From NCBI GenBank assembly GCA_964648855.1, contig CAZYLT010000027.1, forward strand, positions 1 to 22,736: a stretch of 22,736 nucleotides of DNA. The letters run 5' to 3'. The notes beneath the pieces were generated by a model that was not told where the DNA came from, did not search any database, and saw only the letters and a list, made by a program, of their open reading frames with translations. A program made the position numbers and the translations under genes. The stretch comes from an uncultured archaeon. Its GTDB lineage: Archaea; Asgardarchaeota; Thorarchaeia; Thorarchaeales; Thorarchaeaceae. Positions 9,112 through 16,836 of the stretch are shown here, piece by piece. Position 1 is the first letter of the stretch. Every line of letters begins with the position of its first letter.

Positions 9112-9453
9112 GTGCCAATCGATAAATCATATCGTAAAAACTGGAAGGTCAGTAATGTCACAAGCGGTTTCCAGGTTTGGACTAATGATGCTTCAGAGGG
9201 CAAAATATATGGAACTCAAGTAGGAGTTCACACTTCTTCTTGTATCGGGTGTATGAAGTGTATTGAGGTATGTCCTACGGATGTCTTTAGAAGCGCGGAA
9301 GAAGATGCAAACATCGTTGTAGTTCCAGAAAATGAGAAAGATTGTATTTTGTGCAATGCCTGTGAGTTGATTTGTCCCACAGATGCGATTTCCGTAATAC
9401 AAGAGGGAGGATCCCAAGACACCCTAGACTCTTTATTACGGGGTTCTTCATAG
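9112..9453 (+). CDS. Dicluster ferredoxin with Zfx-type N-terminal extension
   Basis: CIGCMKCIEVCP and CILCNACELICP. The N-terminus PIDKSYRKN...VW...IYGTQVGV resembles archaeal zinc-ferredoxins. Confidence 0.88.
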   Translation: MPIDKSYRKNWKVSNVTSGFQVWTNDASEGKIYGTQVGVHTSSCIGCMKCIEVCPTDVFRSAEEDANIVVVPENEKDCILCNACELICPTDAISVIQEGGSQDTLDSLLRGSS

Positions 9454-9475
9454 AAACAACAGTGAGGTTCAGATA

Positions 9476-10735
9476 ATGTTTGATGTTTTGCTTACAGAAG
9501 CAGAGAAAAAGCTCCGTGATGAAGTGAGATCTTTTGTTCGTGACAAAGTAGACCCAGACCTACTAATTGCGATGGATTCAAAGAAGAAAGAATACCCGTA
9601 TGAATTCATCAAGGTAGCAGCAGAAGCGAATCTACTAGGCTTAAGATTCCCAAAGGAATACGGGGGAAGAGGACTCGATTGGGTTTCAGAGATTATTGCT
9701 CTTGAGGAAGTTGGTGTCCTCGGTATCGCATTGGGCTGTGCATATTCTCTCCCAAGCATTGTGGGGGAGGCTATTGACAGGTTTGGCTCTGAGTACCAAA
9801 AGAATGAGTATCTGAAACCCACACTCTCTGGTGAAAAGATATGTGGTGAAGGATTAACCGAACCACGTGGTGGGTCCGATTTCTTCGGAACGATTACTAC
9901 TGCGGTGCATAGAGATGACAGCTATGTTTTGAATGGAGAGAAGCGTTTTGTGGCTGGAGGGGTTGGAGCCGATTATTTCATCGTATACGCCAAGACTGAC
10001 TTCGACGCACCGCCGCACAAATCACTTAGTGCATTTCTTGTGGATCGAAACTCGGGGGTGGATGTTGAGGAAGAATATGAGCTTATGGGCTGTAGAGGAA
10101 TGGGCGCTGCTCGTATTGTCATGGAAAATACGGAGATTCCTGAAGAGAACTTGGTTGGAGAGATTAATGGTGGGACAGATATCTTCAATGCAATGATGGT
10201 TCCTGAGAGGATTACTTCTGCTGCAGGGCCAATTGGCATGGGCCGAGCTGCTCTAGAAATTGCGGTGCGCTATTCAAACAAGAGAGAAGCCTTCGGTAGA
10301 CCGATTCGTAAGTTCGAGGGGATCAGCTTCAAGGTTGCAGATTGTGCCATCGAGTTAGATGCAGCACGGGGTCTCGTGTATAGGGCTGCTAAGGCGGCAG
10401 ATACAGGGAAGTGGTGTAGGAAAGAGGTTTCAATGGCCAAGACATATGCCACAGAGGCAGGATTCAAGGCCGTACATGAGGCAATGCAGATACTCGGTGG
10501 AATTGGATATACCGATATTTATCCAATTGAAAGGCTATATCGAGACGCCCGACTAGCATCGATCTGGACTGGAAGCAACGAAGTACAGCGACTCATAATT
10601 CAGAACGAGGTTTTCAATGAGATTCTAAATGAAGACAAATCACTCAAGCGTGATATCGAACTTGACACGCCAGGCGCACACAAGACAGTAGAAAAAGTGT
10701 ATACTGAACCAGCGGATAAATACATGCCAGATTAG
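9476..10735 (+). CDS. Acyl-CoA dehydrogenase
   Basis: GLTEPRGGSD, LNGEKRF, REAFGRPI, AMQILGGIGY and IERLYRDAR...IWTGSNEVQR. Confidence 0.95.
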   Translation: MFDVLLTEAEKKLRDEVRSFVRDKVDPDLLIAMDSKKKEYPYEFIKVAAEANLLGLRFPKEYGGRGLDWVSEIIALEEVGVLGIALGCAYSLPSIVGEAIDRFGSEYQKNEYLKPTLSGEKICGEGLTEPRGGSDFFGTITTAVHRDDSYVLNGEKRFVAGGVGADYFIVYAKTDFDAPPHKSLSAFLVDRNSGVDVEEEYELMGCRGMGAARIVMENTEIPEENLVGEINGGTDIFNAMMVPERITSAAGPIGMGRAALEIAVRYSNKREAFGRPIRKFEGISFKVADCAIELDAARGLVYRAAKAADTGKWCRKEVSMAKTYATEAGFKAVHEAMQILGGIGYTDIYPIERLYRDARLASIWTGSNEVQRLIIQNEVFNEILNEDKSLKRDIELDTPGAHKTVEKVYTEPADKYMPD

Positions 10736-10836
10736 TGTGCAGCAAAACTCGAGAGTTCCCGCCCCATTTAATAAGAGTTAAATATAGTTAATGCTATACA
10801 GCTGTAAAAGTCGTTTGTGATTGAAGGTGAAGATAA

Positions 10837-11004
10837 ATGGGAAAACTCGTATGTGAGATTTGTGGAGAAGAGGTATCGGTTCCAGTCCATTGTGGCAAAG
10901 AAATGCATAAAGAAGGAGATCAACTAGTATGCTGGATGGGGTCTGCTTGCGGCCATCAGCCAATACCAGAGCATTGTGGACAATTTATGAAAATTAAGAC
11001 CTAG
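10837..11004 (+). CDS. 55-aa Cys/His microprotein with tandem desulforedoxin-like motifs (absent from ORF track)
   Basis: Manual translation MGKLVCEICGEEVSVPVHCGKEMHKEGDQLVCWMGSACGHQPIPEHCGQFMKIKT*. RBS GAAGGTGA at 10823-10830. Confidence 0.8.
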   Translation: MGKLVCEICGEEVSVPVHCGKEMHKEGDQLVCWMGSACGHQPIPEHCGQFMKIKT

Positions 11005-11040
11005 TTTAAGCCACCAACTCATTTGTAGGGGTGAGACACA

Positions 11041-11589
11041 TTGGTACAACTATTAGAAGAGATAGAAAAAAGAACAAGCGGACGGGCCTTTTCAGACAAG
11101 CCTGTCCCAAAAGAGATGGTTGATTCAATTCTTGAAGCGGGAAGATGGGCTCCCTCTTGTGCAAACACACAGGCTTGGGACTTTGTGGTGTTGACGGATA
11201 CAGAGGCATTGAGCACAGCACATGAAGGAGTAAGCAGAGGAAATGCGTGGGGTGAACGGGCTCCTGTCATGGTCCTTGTTGTGACCAAGGAGAGTGGCGG
11301 CTGTACATCCCACGGACTGCCCTATTACATGATGGATGTTGGATTAGCCACAGAGAACATTTTGTTGCAAGCCGTACATCTCGGACTGCTTGCACATCCA
11401 ACAGCAGGGTGGGATGAACAAGTCCTCAAAAAGTCGTTGAATATACCTGAAGATTATAGAATTGCCACCGTTATATTCATCGGATATGAAGGGGATTTCG
11501 ACAAACTAGACGAAAGAACCAAGGAGAAGGAGAAAAAGCCAAGAACCCGCAAAGAATTCGCTGATATAGTTCACAGAGATGGCTGGTAG
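11041..11589 (+). CDS. Nitroreductase family protein
   Basis: KRTSGRAF, AGRWAPSCANTQAWDF, DVGLATENILLQAVHLGL, IGY and RK. GGTGA RBS. Confidence 0.93.
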   Translation: MVQLLEEIEKRTSGRAFSDKPVPKEMVDSILEAGRWAPSCANTQAWDFVVLTDTEALSTAHEGVSRGNAWGERAPVMVLVVTKESGGCTSHGLPYYMMDVGLATENILLQAVHLGLLAHPTAGWDEQVLKKSLNIPEDYRIATVIFIGYEGDFDKLDERTKEKEKKPRTRKEFADIVHRDGW

Positions 11590-11642
11590 TGGCCACAAGC
11601 AGACAAAAAAGCCTACGAGCCAACTCGGTAGAGGTTGCAGTT

Positions 11643-12008
11643 ATGCAGGGAATATTTGATATTCAAATAATTCAATTCTGGTCAATTCCATTGTTCATAG
11701 GATTAGGCGTTGGGTATACTTTAGGAGGGATGACCGAATTCAGTCATGTCTTCAAAATGACAGCCATACCAATTATGTCCATTATTGGAGGTTATTTACT
11801 TGCAGCATCCTTCGCGCTCTCTCTTTCAGTGGAATGGAATCTAGTGATTCTCTCAATTCTCTCATTCCTAGGGGGTGGCATTCTGGGAATGGTGGTAAAC
11901 TGGAAAACGACTGCTGAAGAACCCCTAAAGCGGGCAATCAGTTTCACCCCTGAGGATGACGAGGATTTTGATCGGGAGATAAAGGAAGTGTTGGGTGATG
12001 AAAAGTAA
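11643..12008 (+). CDS. Hypothetical 3-TM membrane protein with acidic C-terminal tail
   Basis: Three hydrophobic segments. ATG 11643 is preceded by GAGGT; the track start is GTG 11589. Confidence 0.7.
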   Translation: MQGIFDIQIIQFWSIPLFIGLGVGYTLGGMTEFSHVFKMTAIPIMSIIGGYLLAASFALSLSVEWNLVILSILSFLGGGILGMVVNWKTTAEEPLKRAISFTPEDDEDFDREIKEVLGDEK

Positions 12009-12081
12009 CCTAGTGCTAATAGACGAGATGAACATTAAAGGGCAACCTGCATACATGGACCCCTGCAAGAAATAGGAGGCA

Positions 12082-13215
12082 ATGACACTGAAGAAAAATC
12101 TACCACATAGGTTACTAATCTTGATAATGTCTGTTTTACTCTGGTCAATGATATCGATGCCCGCAAATGCACAACCCCCGGGTTGGAGTGGAGATGACAA
12201 TCTCGCCTTTCTGCTTGAGGTAAATGAGATTTCTGCAGCATACTCGAATTCAACCAGTCCTATCCCGGTTAATATTTCGACTCCAATCGACTTGGAATTG
12301 ACCCTTGATGTTCAAAACAATATGACCCTGCACTCAGGTGCTTTTTCTATGGAATATCTTGGAATTCCTATATTCAGTCAATCCTTCGATATCAATCAGA
12401 TAGTTCCAGCGGGCGTAACAGTGCCTGTACTTAATGAATCGATGGATTTGAGTTCCTTGTCCGGACCAGAGGGAATAGATCTCTTTTCTGGAACAATAGT
12501 GGGTACTTTCACATTCAATTACTCCCTTCTCACCAGTCCTGACGAGTACGTGCAAGTGGGAGAAGACTTTGTTCTGAGAGTTGGTCCGCAAGGCGTGGCT
12601 GCGATTACATCACTTAATGGGCTGGTAACGGTTGGCTTCACAATAATGGGTGTGTTCAGTCTCCTCCTTTCACTGGACAATTTTCAAGGAGCAATTCTGT
12701 CTGCTAGGAAAGTTAGAGGAGCAAAGTCGGCGTCGGATGTGGGGATATTTCCGAAAGAGCTTGTCCTTAGACGTAGTCCGAAGAAGAGTGATGCAGAGAA
12801 AATCAGCAAGGACGATCTTATTGAACGAACAAGAAACGCCGCCACAGAGTTTTCGGATGAGATTGCAGAATATGCTCCAAAGGCATTGAAAGCAGTACCA
12901 CCAAAATCAAAGATTCCAGTTGGAAAATTTGCAAAGCGAATTGGCCTCAGACCAGACAAGGCGGGTGCCCTTGCAGCAGCCCTTACAACTATAGGAGTAT
13001 TTCATACCAAGAGTATGAAAGTCCCCTTAATGAAAGTGGCATTTGCGGGTTTAACTCTTTCAGCTATGTACTACAGCTGGCAACAGCTGTTATATGGAGC
13101 AACACCCAGTCTAATTGACATGCTTCTGCTTAGCACAGCAGGTCTTGTGGTATCAGTTCTCTTCGCCTATTTTATGAATTGGCTAGCACGAATTCACGAA
13201 CTGGGCAAAGCATGA
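12082..13215 (+). CDS. Hypothetical membrane protein: signal peptide, beta-rich extracellular domain, TM, basic cytoplasmic domain, 2 TM
   Basis: 377-aa ORF with GGAGG RBS, a basic-hydrophobic N-terminus ending ANA-Q, and the hydropathy pattern. Confidence 0.8.
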   Translation: MTLKKNLPHRLLILIMSVLLWSMISMPANAQPPGWSGDDNLAFLLEVNEISAAYSNSTSPIPVNISTPIDLELTLDVQNNMTLHSGAFSMEYLGIPIFSQSFDINQIVPAGVTVPVLNESMDLSSLSGPEGIDLFSGTIVGTFTFNYSLLTSPDEYVQVGEDFVLRVGPQGVAAITSLNGLVTVGFTIMGVFSLLLSLDNFQGAILSARKVRGAKSASDVGIFPKELVLRRSPKKSDAEKISKDDLIERTRNAATEFSDEIAEYAPKALKAVPPKSKIPVGKFAKRIGLRPDKAGALAAALTTIGVFHTKSMKVPLMKVAFAGLTLSAMYYSWQQLLYGATPSLIDMLLLSTAGLVVSVLFAYFMNWLARIHELGKA

Positions 13216-13253
13216 TGAGAATCAATAGATAGGAATATGCTTCTGGTAGGACA

Positions 13254-13292
13254 GGCCCTCCTTAGAGGGCCGCTTCTCACCAAGTGGAGAGG
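13254..13292 (+). other. Tandem GC-rich hairpins in intergenic region (candidate structured RNA)
   Basis: GGCCCTC-ctta-GAGGGCC (perfect 7 bp), followed by CTTCTCAC-caa-GTG(G)AGAGG. Confidence 0.4.
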
Positions 13293-13402
13293 TTTGAAGA
13301 GTACGCCCGTTGATGCGACATGTTTTTGTTGTCTTCTGTCTAGCTGCAAAATAATCAATTCCAGATAAAATTGGATGGTACTTACTGCAAAATGTGATAG
13401 CT

Positions 13403-14158
13403 ATGCCGACAATGAAAAAATACTCTGCTAGTTGGGAAAATGATGAAGTTTCGGTCGATATTCCGTATAGCACCGCTGGAATTGGTACAACTATAGTAGT
13501 TACATCTAAGTTTACAGGAAAGATTCTGCTCATTGATGTGGGAGATGGTGCAGTCCGGGATTTGGTTGAAACAGGAGAAATAGACTTCGTTACAGAGATA
13601 GACCTTATTGCCATCACTCACGGGCATTTTGATCACATGGGCGGGTTATGGACCCTTCTTGGTTTCCTGAGAATGTTTCACCGCAAAAATCCGCTCCATA
13701 TACTTATTCCTAATGGATGCGATGAGGTTTCCAACCTAGTAAGTGCGTTTAAGGAGTCGTACTCAGAGACACTCCCCTTTCAAATTCGCATTTTTCGCCT
13801 GCAGCATAATTCAGGCTTTGATACGGATTTCTTCAAGCTGAGATCGCTATCTGTAGAGCATTATGGAATGGAGAACCAATCGGATCGAGAAGTTCTCATG
13901 CCGGCAGTGGGATACAGGGTTGGTATAGGTCAGACCGTTATTGCATATACAGGAGATACTAGGATGTGTGATAGCGCGGAACAACTGGTGGATGATGTTG
14001 ATTTTGCTATAGTCGAGGCCACTTTTGAACGACATCCTGATCCAGAGAAAAGAGTGCATTTGACAGAGATGGAAGCCAAATCACTTGGAAACAAGGCTAA
14101 GGAGTATGTTATCATCCACAAGAAACCTGAAGCAGGTAGGGATGTAATCCTTGGATGA
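13403..14158 (+). CDS. MBL-fold metallo-hydrolase (RNase Z/Lactamase_B_2-like)
   Basis: LIDVGDG, THGHFDH (HxHxDH), VEH, YTGDT, VEATF, HLT and IIH. Start uncertain (13394/13403/13412). Confidence 0.88.
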   Translation: MPTMKKYSASWENDEVSVDIPYSTAGIGTTIVVTSKFTGKILLIDVGDGAVRDLVETGEIDFVTEIDLIAITHGHFDHMGGLWTLLGFLRMFHRKNPLHILIPNGCDEVSNLVSAFKESYSETLPFQIRIFRLQHNSGFDTDFFKLRSLSVEHYGMENQSDREVLMPAVGYRVGIGQTVIAYTGDTRMCDSAEQLVDDVDFAIVEATFERHPDPEKRVHLTEMEAKSLGNKAKEYVIIHKKPEAGRDVILG

Positions 14159-14216
14159 GGGTTTTTAGTCAATGGTGTTTTCTGGCGTCTTTGATTCAAG
14201 TTTCATTGAGTTGATA

Positions 14217-15059
14217 ATGAAATATGAAAGGGACCCATCCGAAGTACTTCTCGCAGAATTAATAGACCACGATGCTGCTATAGGCGTACATGAACACGCA
14301 ATACAGTTCAATAATACAACTCAAAATCTCATCCCCTTCTGGAAATCAATTCTGGATGATGTATTCAAGAATGGCTTACAAGTGAGAGAAAGAATTGAAT
14401 CTTCTCTGCAATACTTAGTGAAAAATGACAAGCGCCTAACTGAGCTCCTTAATGAGGTGGCTGAATTCTTACCCACCGATATTGATCTATACTTGAAAAT
14501 CCATGGAATAGTCGGCTACGATATCGGTATTGTTTCCAAAGGGAATGCATTCCTGAACTTGGCCGCGAAACATTATGAAGAAGATAGGCGGGAATTGCTG
14601 TATTTCGCAATGCATGAGAGCCATCATGTTGGTTATACTCACTATAATCCAATATACTCACTTTCAACTCTTAACACAACGAAGGATTTGCTTGATATTG
14701 TGAGATATTCAACTCACCTAGAGGGGTTGGCTACGTATGTTCCCCTTCAGAGGAGGCTCAAAGACAATGGGGTTGAGCACCAGGATTATGCAACACTTGT
14801 TAATCCAGAGAGAGTTGCTGAGAGGTGCTCTTCCTACTGGGCTCTTCTGGAGCAGGTTGAAAATGAGGAGGAGAGAAGAATTGTGGACAAGGATTATGAT
14901 ACTATCGAGAGAATGAGCGGTCGGAATGAACGACTATGGTATATTGCTGGTGCTGAAATGTCTCGCACTATTGATGAAAAGCTTGGCCGGGGCAGACTCC
15001 GTGACACAGTCAAGAAAGGCCCTCTAGATTTCTTTAAAGCTTATGAAGAAGCCACTTAG
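14217..15059 (+). CDS. Putative zinc-dependent protease (HEXXH; DUF5700/DUF2268-like)
   Basis: MHESHHVG, a downstream LEGLATY and WYIAGAEM. Alternative start 14172. Confidence 0.7.
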   Translation: MKYERDPSEVLLAELIDHDAAIGVHEHAIQFNNTTQNLIPFWKSILDDVFKNGLQVRERIESSLQYLVKNDKRLTELLNEVAEFLPTDIDLYLKIHGIVGYDIGIVSKGNAFLNLAAKHYEEDRRELLYFAMHESHHVGYTHYNPIYSLSTLNTTKDLLDIVRYSTHLEGLATYVPLQRRLKDNGVEHQDYATLVNPERVAERCSSYWALLEQVENEEERRIVDKDYDTIERMSGRNERLWYIAGAEMSRTIDEKLGRGRLRDTVKKGPLDFFKAYEEAT

Positions 15060-16084
15060 AATACCATTATTACAACAGCAAAGACCATTGCGCCCAAAAA
15101 GGCAGAGATTGGAACTGTTATGACCCAAGAGATTAGAATATTACGAACCTGTTTCATCTTCACAGGTGTTTTGGCGACATATCCAACTGCAATAAGGGCA
15201 GCCACGAGAACATGAGTACCACTTAGAGGGAAGCCCAAGAGGGTTCCGATAAACATAACCAAAGCTACGGAAATACTGGCTGCCAGAGCTGTCGTTGGTT
15301 CCAATGTTACCACCTCTCTTGCTAGCGTTCTTATGACCTTCCTACCAACCACAATCAGACCTAACGCCATTCCCAATCCACCAACAATCAGTGGTATGAT
15401 TGTGCCCGGAATGGCAATAATGCCAAAATCGAATGTGGTCTGGAATCCTTCAAGGCGCACCAAAGGAGCCACTGCATTTGCTACATCGTTCCCGCCTCTA
15501 CTAAGGCCTGTGAATATGAGAAATGCGGTGAGGCCATAGGCAGCAATTTGCTCGATACGTTCTCGTCCCGCAAATCCTCGTGCTTTATGGAGCACATTCC
15601 TTATGATCGAGATAAAGACACCTGAAATAAGGAATCCAATAATTGGAGAAACAACCCATCCAAGAAAAATCTGAATCATGACCTGCCAATCAATTGCTCC
15701 CGCCCCCCAGCCAGATAATCCCAATACCGGAGATGCCAACACAACGCCAATAACAGACCCCACGATACATTGAGTAGTACTGATTGGAAGACCCTTCGTA
15801 CTCGATGCAACAAGAAGCCAGATAGCCATCGAGATTAGTATCGCCAGAACCATATCTATGTTCAAGACATTTCCAGATACCAAATCAGAGCCAACCTTTT
15901 CAGATACACCGCCTCCCAGAAAGACAGCTCCTAGCAGATTGATTAGTGCGCCTAGGAGTACAGCTGCCTTTACAGAAAAAATCTGAGCTCCAACTGCAGG
16001 ACTCATTGTTTCATCGTTGCTTCCAATTGCAAATGCAACAATAAAGCCAATGACAAGTAGGACTGCAAGGATTACGATATCCAA
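15056..16084 (-). CDS. pit: Inorganic phosphate transporter (PiT family)
   Basis: Duplicated PiT signatures IGSND and GGNDVANA, plus GLPISTT and GFPLSGTH; polytopic. Confidence 0.92.
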   Translation of the reverse strand: MDIVILAVLLVIGFIVAFAIGSNDETMSPAVGAQIFSVKAAVLLGALINLLGAVFLGGGVSEKVGSDLVSGNVLNIDMVLAILISMAIWLLVASSTKGLPISTTQCIVGSVIGVVLASPVLGLSGWGAGAIDWQVMIQIFLGWVVSPIIGFLISGVFISIIRNVLHKARGFAGRERIEQIAAYGLTAFLIFTGLSRGGNDVANAVAPLVRLEGFQTTFDFGIIAIPGTIIPLIVGGLGMALGLIVVGRKVIRTLAREVVTLEPTTALAASISVALVMFIGTLLGFPLSGTHVLVAALIAVGYVAKTPVKMKQVRNILISWVITVPISAFLGAMVFAVVIMVF

Positions 16085-16101
16085 AAGAGGAATTCCTCCG
16101 A

Positions 16102-16764
16102 CTAAGAATATCTCACAGCCAGCTCACGAATGAAATCTCCAGTAATTTCGGCATTTATGGCCACCTGCAAGATTCTATCCGCTACAGTCTGGAAGAACAT
16201 GAGCTCCTTTGTGTCATGTCCTGCTCTTTGATACAAATAGTCGAGCAAATGGAATGCAGTGTCCCTAGCTTCTTCACGAACTTCGTCGACTTTGTGAGTA
16301 TACTTGACCGATTTATCAAAATCCTTGAACAGGTATTTCAAAGCATCCTGAAGATGATCAGTACACACCCAGCATTTTTTGGCAATTTCAGCAATCTCCT
16401 TTGGGGGCTTAATTCCCTTCCCCACCGCCATTACTCGTATTGCATCTTCGCTTGCATCAACAATTGCATCCATCAGATTGACAAGCTTGTGACGCTCTTG
16501 CGTCTGCTGGGGCAAGTAAGCATGCTTTGTGAGAATATCTTCGACGATGCGTTCTTTCTTTTGGTCGGTTTCCCGCTCTAGCTCGATGATTTCCTCCTTG
16601 AGTTCGTCGAGCATATCGTAATTTTCATCTCGCCACTCATTGGCAGCAACACACAGCTTTGCACTGGCTGACTGGAATGCCTTGCTGATGTCAAGGAGCA
16701 GTTCATCTGCCTTCTCCTGGAGTTCTTTATCTCCACTTCCAAAGATTCTCGAAAAGGTTCCCAA
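16102..16764 (-). CDS. DUF47/PhoU-like phosphate transport regulator
   Basis: LERETD, MDAIVDASED and VREEARD motifs in an all-helical protein directly upstream of pit, the canonical pairing. Confidence 0.85.
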   Translation of the reverse strand: MGTFSRIFGSGDKELQEKADELLLDISKAFQSASAKLCVAANEWRDENYDMLDELKEEIIELERETDQKKERIVEDILTKHAYLPQQTQERHKLVNLMDAIVDASEDAIRVMAVGKGIKPPKEIAEIAKKCWVCTDHLQDALKYLFKDFDKSVKYTHKVDEVREEARDTAFHLLDYLYQRAGHDTKELMFFQTVADRILQVAINAEITGDFIRELAVRYS

Positions 16765-16836
16765 TTTAGCTCACTATCCACTACTAGTCATGTTGTCTTA
16801 TGAATCATTCAGTCGTCTAAAATGAGATAAAGAGTG

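Noticed and set aside
10778-10963. 61-aa minus-strand ORF in the track
   Set aside because: It is the shadow of the better-supported + strand microprotein at 10837-11004.
13212-13260. C-box ATGATGA suggesting a C/D sRNA
   Set aside because: It coincides with tandem stop codons, and no D box (CTGA) occurs at a suitable distance.
13240-13330. tRNA-Sec-like (CUUCAAA loop, CCA end) on the minus strand
   Set aside because: No anticodon stem flanks the loop, and there is no T-loop or acceptor pairing.
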